NCBI GenBank assembly: GCA_964016885.1
Contig: OZ024741.1
Span: forward strand, 80,600,001 to 80,664,000
DNA length: 64,000 nucleotides
Direction of reading: 5' to 3'
From: Eledone cirrhosa
Lineage: Eukaryota
Position 1 is the first letter of the stretch; every line of letters starts with the position of its first letter. Made by a program: the position numbers and the translations under genes. Shown in pieces: positions 56,665 to 64,000 of this stretch. The notes beneath the pieces are model-generated. The model saw only the letters and a list, made by a program, of their open reading frames with translations, was not told the DNA's origin and made no database searches.

Positions 56665-58702
56665 AGTGTTTATATTTATCTAAAAAGCTCCCATTATAAT
56701 TTTATGTAAGAATCTTTATTATGTTATGTTCCAAACACCAGTTTAATAATTAGAAAGATAATTATTTTACTAAAATTCTTCAAATTTTGACAATTTTCAA
56801 AATGCTTTGAAAATTATAAGCTGTGTCTTTTTTTTAGAATGTTTTACAGCTGTGTGCCTTTCCTGGTGCCAACTCTTTTACCTCCCTGTTAGGGAACTTT
56901 CAATGAAGAACCTTTTGTGTACAACAGTCAATACTTTACTCCAAATTAATCCAAATTCATGCCACTGACCTATTTGAATTATTTCCCCTTAACTCAGTTT
57001 TTTTCTATTCATACTCTGATTTCCTTTTTAGACTCTTTTTCTACCAGCAAGGTCAGCAAAGCCTGTGCAGGTGTGAGCAATGATATATGTGATATATAGC
57101 AAAATGTGATATATAGCAAGAGTGGGCAGAAGTCATTCATTGTCTTTAGCAGGCTGTTGAAACACAGTTGTTAAAGTATCATCTTATAAATTTGTATTAC
57201 TATTGTTAGGCTATTGAAACACACATTTGTAATACTACTGCTTGTTTATTTAACTACAGATGTTATTTCATTTTCCCTCAGAGCACTGATTTCACAATTC
57301 AATGTAGAAATGTTATCTTATATCTATGATTCCAGTAATATATCAAGTTTCTTTATTATATCTCTTCTCTCTGACATATTTTTAATTTTATATCTTTTGA
57401 ACATGGTTTTGCACATCCTCTATATTATATCATTTTGACTTTTCTGAAGTTTTGTTTTTATGTTTATATAAATTATTGATAGACTCTAAGTACAGAGGCT
57501 ATGAGGTCAACATATTAATCTCTAAGGAAGATACATTACTTCTCTTGTTTTATCCTATCCAAATGAAAGTGTCACATTCACTCCATGGTTGAATGGTTAG
57601 CAGTAAGAAAGTCATCCATCTATAAAAACACTTGTTCCAACTCTATATAAATGGCTACATTTGCAGAAGCTATTCTTACCTACCCATAGAAAAATAGAAG
57701 CAAGACAGTAGAAAATAAACAAACAAAAAAACAAAACAAAACAAAACACAACCCACACCCAGTGATAAATTCGTTCTTGTAAGCTGTTGTGAGTATTTCT
57801 GAATTTACTTGTAGCAATAATGGATTCTGGCACTTTTGTTTCATCTTTTACTGTGGTTATGGTCTTGTGGGTAAATTTAGTATTTCAGTACTACTACAGC
57901 AACAAGTATTCACATAATGTCCTTCGACATACAAATATATGCATACACACACATACATACATATAGCCACACATACACACATACATGATCTATTGTCAGA
58001 AGCACCTAATGTATGTGCTATTTGTCAGTTTGCCAAAATGCTGCTATATATTCTGAGCATTCATTGATAGCCCAACCTATAAAGTATTGGAATTCTAGTC
58101 TTTCTACATTGAAGAGTTATCAGCACCATAACCAATACTTTATGGTTAGACCTCTATTATTTTATGTTCTACTGTGATACTAATACTGTACTAATACTGT
58201 GCTAATACTACATAGTCTTTCTACAAACATTGAAGAGTTATCAGTACCACAACTAATATCTTATGGTTACATCTCTTTACTTTCTGTTCCTCTATTGTAC
58301 TAACACTAGATTATATTTTCAAATGTTAACCTTTCTCCTTCACTTTTAAGCTTTTCAATGTCTTCTGTAAAGAAAACTTGATCATTTCCTTGTGACAACC
58401 CATGTGTGTTCAGTAATTATAATTCCCCACAGTTTCTAAATTTATACTCTTCCTCCTCATTATCATTGCCGTTGCCATCATCAACATTATCAATGTCATA
58501 ATTTTTGTTTCCATTTGGTCCATGTAATGTATTGAATGGGATTCTTGGAAGCAATATTCTATGGCCAGATGCCCTTTACACCAACCCTTACTTGTTTTGT
58601 CTTTAAGTAAGGTATTTATCTTTGTGTATTAAGCTATTGAGCAGCAAGACTGTGTGGGATATAAACAAATATCACCACTATCATGTCAAATGGAAAGCAA
58701 AG

Positions 58703-58734
<32 letters not shown>

Positions 58735-58781
58735 TTAGCAAATATTCAAGGAAGTAAGATAATGTGAATGAGAAATGAATG

Positions 58782-59031
58782 TTAAACCCTTTTCATACCA
58801 AACTGCCTAAAACAGTTTCTTGTTCTACGATACAAAACTGTTTATTTTAAAGTGTTTATATTTATCTAAAAACCTTCCATCATAATTTTATGTAGGAACC
58901 TTTGTCATGTTCCAAGTGCAGATAAATAATGAGAAAGTTTATGTTACTAAATCTCTCCAAATTCTTGATTATTTTTAGAATTATTTGAAAATTATAGTCT
59001 TTCATGAGATATATGGTATCAAAAGTGTTAA
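58782..59031. mobile_element. piggyBac-like MITE
   Basis: TTAAACCCTTTTCATACCA ... TGGTATCAAAAGTGTTAA. Confidence 0.65.
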
Positions 59032-60380
59032 TGAAGATAATTAGGTTATACTAATATTTATGTGAAGGCATAGTGTTTAGTTTGCTGAGCTCATGATTAT
59101 AAGGCCGTGAGCTTGATTTCCAGATCACCAGGCAGTGTGTTGTGCTCTTAGGCAAAACAATTTATTTCCTGATGCTTCCATTCACCCAGTTGGCAAAAAT
59201 GAGTTGTATCTGCATTTCAAGGAACAAACTTTGTCACATTGTGTCATACTGAATCTCTTTGAGAACTGGAGCACTCATTGCTGGAAACAAAGGTGGTCCA
59301 ATAATATTTATGTAATTTATTTATTTATTTTAAAATAAAATATACAGTTGAATATAGTTTAACTATTCCTCCTATTTCTTCATTGATGTTAAATGAAAGT
59401 TGCTTCTTGGCCCACTTATTCCTGAGAGGGTTGTGGTAGAAGAAGAAAAGTATTTCTCCTGATGGTAAATGAAAGCTAAAACCAACAAATTAGTGTTTTT
59501 GACAGCCTAAGATGTCAATTATTATGATAATACTCAAGATAATATTTTAGTTAGTTTCTCTAGCTTGTACACCTTATCACAGAAACACAATGGCTCTAAG
59601 CATTATGTTGCCATGATAATTGGCTCACCCTTGCTGTTGAAGTTACAGGATTCTTCTCTCTTACACAGATTTAAATATTAAAGTCTGTCCCACACTTAGA
59701 AGCTCATTAGGCTGGAGCTTTTCTGGTTTCATACAGCATTAAGTTACTGAAAGTACAAAAATTCCCCTTAGACAGAACCCTAACTGCTATTGTTTTTGCT
59801 GTTGGTACTATTTTTTTTTGTTAAACACCCTAACCATTAGGTAACATGCTTTCAGAATTTTAAGTATGGTTGAATGGAAATTTCCATTAAAGTATGCTTT
59901 AAAACTTTTTGATTCTAAATTTCGTTAATTTGCTTTTTAAAAAGCTATTTACTTTTCAAATATTGTCTTTGAAGTAATGTTATCAGTATTAAGTTTATCG
60001 TGTATTAACTGTATATGTATCAGTGTTTCCTTTATAGATTGTTGAAATCATGTTATTTCAACAGACATGGTAGCCATATGAGAAGGGAATTAGCCAGCCA
60101 GATTTCACAATTGGCTTTTTCTCATTTTTTCCTCCCATAAATTTTGAGTTCCGTAAATTGTATAAATGATATGTTTGCAAAACACTTTTGTGTGTGTATA
60201 GGCGTGTTGGCGTGTATATATGTTTGTATATATCCGTGTGGGTATAGGTATTAATATATGCAAATATGTATGTATATGTGAGTATATATATATATGTATA
60301 TGATTTTATTTTAATAGTCAATAATGGTTTTTCTCATGAGTAGACAGCCATCATGCATGTGTGTGCGTGTGTGTATGTAT

Positions 60381-61675
<1,295 letters not shown>

Positions 61676-61834
61676 GTTATATATATATGCATGTGTGTGT
61701 GAGTGTTAATTGCCCTGCTCAAGTACTGACTTCGTTTGCGAACACCTATCCAACCCTTGTTAGTATGGAAAATGAATGTTAAATGATGATATATGTGTGT
61801 ATATATATATATGTGCATGCTATGTATGTATATA

Positions 61835-62267
61835 GGGCGGAAGAACTCATAAGAGTCAATGGCTATCCAAAAGTGTGTAAATATGTATATACACATGTAC
61901 ATATGTATGTATATGCGTGGGTACATAGAAATAGTCGGGCTGGACACTCGATCATGCAGTTAAACCACTGGGAGTGAAGGACTCTTAGCCTTTGTCAGGG
62001 CATTCTTCTAGGAGAAGGCAACTAAGGGAACTGGGATAACTCCGATATAAAAGCTGTGGCTCAGTAGTTACCGATGATGTTGATCTTTTCTTCTGTTCGG
62101 GTTATAGCTATTGTCGCTCAGAGAGTGGGATTGGCTCCGTGCACAGTCTTTCCTTACTTTAAAAAATATCTTCACGCACAGGCATTGCACGATAGAATTA
62201 ATTAATAATTATTTATAATGGTATATCGTGCAATGGCCTTACTCGATAATGAGGGGGCAGCCATCAT
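61835..62267 (+). mobile_element. Diverged member of non-coding family N
   Basis: AAGAGTCAATGGCTATCCAAAA, CTTAGCCTTTGTCAGGGCA, CTAGGAGAAGG, ACTCGA..A.GAG..GGCAGCCA shared with 34211-34820. Confidence 0.65.
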
Positions 62268-62294
62268 TTATATATATATATATATATATATATC

Positions 62295-62750
62295 TTCAGT
62301 GTTGTATTTGTGCCAACCCTTACCTATGGTCATGGATCTTGAGTAATGACTGAAAGAATATGATCGCAAGTACAAACGGATGAAATGGGGTTCCTCCAAA
62401 GAGTCTTTGGAGTAACTCGATAGAGTGCATAGCTCAGAGATCAGAGAGTCACTCCAGGTAGAACTGCTACATCTCCAAATTGAGAGATCACAGCTTCGAT
62501 ACTATGGGCATGTGGTTACAATGTCTCAGGAAAGAATCGTTGGACAGATTTTAGGGGCAAAACCAACAGGCAGAAGACTCAGGGATAGATCCTGAGGAAA
62601 ATGGTTGGATAACATCCATGAGCTTGGCTAGTCTTGCTTGGGGATCTAACCAGATCAGTTGGAGAGAGTTGCTTCTGACAGGACCTGCTGGAAGAAGTGT
62701 TTGAGGACTCTGCCCCTATGACCCTCTCAGGAATAAGTGGGTAAAGAAGA
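62295..62750 (+). mobile_element. Decayed RTE-like family E 3' fragment
   Basis: LTYGHGS..MTERI..QLRYYGHVVTMSQER..GRRLRDRS. Confidence 0.7.
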
Positions 62751-63369
62751 TCTGTCTATGTACATATGTATGGTATATATGTTTGTGAGAGTATGTTGTT
62801 TGTATTAAAATATGAACGTTTTTATGATTTTATTCTGAAATTGAGATTTCAAATTGAAATGAAGTGGTTTTCTGTTATTATCTGATTGATGTTAATCTTA
62901 ATGGAAATTAATATTTAAAAAAATATTTAATCGTATTTTAGCTTAAATATTTTTTTTAACATTTTGCTTTCTAAAAATGAAGTGATGATAGGTTGAGATG
63001 GTTGCTGACACCTCTCACTTGCAATTTATCTTTTGATTCCAGCAAGAATAAAAATCTGTTGGACTATCCTCCTCACTGTGAGAAACAAATGTGGTTATGA
63101 TAATACTTGGAGGAAATTTAGTTGTTAGTGTTAAAAATGTTGTACAAAGGAGCCAAAAGACTCAGTCATTGATATCAAGGCTGATGATAATGCTGATGAT
63201 CCTAGGGAACATCACCCTTCAAGAACTCTAAAAAGCAAACCTCCTAGGAACAGCACATTTACTACAGAGGGAGCTGTCCTTAAAGTAACATCATACATCA
63301 CCTCATTGTTTGAACTTAGTGATATGAGATGAAAACAAGAGAGTCAAAAACAATAATAGAAATGATAAT

Positions 63370-63568
63370 AATAATAATAATTGTTTCTACTTTTGGCATA
63401 AGGCCAGCAATTATCCAGTACATTACTGGTACTTTATTTTATCGACCCCGTAAGGATGAAAGGCAAAGTTAACCTTGGTGCGATTTGAACTCAGAATGAC
63501 AAGGGGCGTAACTCTATGCGTCAAAGCATAGTGTCCGACCCTCTACCGATACTGCCAATCCACCGCCA
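63370..63568 (-). mobile_element. Nin/Deu-like tRNA SINE
   Basis: Reverse complement of family consensus. Confidence 0.8.
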
Positions 63569-63592
63569 ATAATAATAATAATAAGCATAATG

Positions 63593-64000
63593 CTTTCTTT
63601 TTTTTTTCTTTCTCTATTAACCACAAGGGTTGACACAAAGTATAACATTAAGGACAATACAAATAGGCATTTCTGCATGTAAAAAAACCAAAAACAGAGT
63701 ATGTGACAAAAAAAAAAGAAACAATGAAAAAAATCCCCCAATAGCGGGGAGACCTCCGAGGATCGCTCATAGAGAAAGCCCATAAGAAAAGCCATGGTTA
63801 CCCTGACCACTAGGGCAAATGCCCTCTTCCAGTTTTCCTCCTACGATGCTACAGGCACACACTCAGAGTAGGCTGATTCACACGGGCCATTCTTGCCTCT
63901 CTCACCTACCTTTCAACAAACTGGCTGGAAGTCAGCACTTCCCTCTCCACTTTGATTTTCCTCTTCAGGTGAAACCTGAAAACGTTAATGAGAGCGTCAC
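63593..64000 (-). mobile_element. Probable L1/Tx1-type LINE 3' end, continuing past the window
   Basis: A-rich tail on minus strand; CCCTTGTGG..AATA end shared with ~10190; minus translation LINVFRFHLKRKIKVEREVL..FVER resembles an ORF2 C-terminus. Confidence 0.45.

Overview
AT-rich eukaryotic non-coding window, most likely from an octopod cephalopod (inferred from repeat style, not verified). No host gene can be supported. Roughly a third is kilobase-scale (TA)n-based microsatellite, and the long I/Y/C/M/H ORFs in the track are translation artefacts of it. The arrays hold about 15 mostly 5'-truncated RTE-clade LINE copies from at least 5 families, in both orientations, with (GAT)n tails; the two commonest carry a C4HC3 PHD-type finger inside the RT domain. 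Also present: a Penelope-like (PLE) GIY-YIG remnant, tRNA-derived SINEs, hAT- and piggyBac-type MITEs and a probable L1/Tx1 3' end. The most notable hidden signal is a set of short fold-back elements from five unrelated sequence families, each with a hand-foldable type I hammerhead ribozyme motif: a U3-A8 compensatory core variant, a version whose helix III is a TATATA palindrome, a CUGAAGA minimal form, a degenerate copy and a full-length GUA form. All structures were folded by eye, and boundaries may be off by a few bases.
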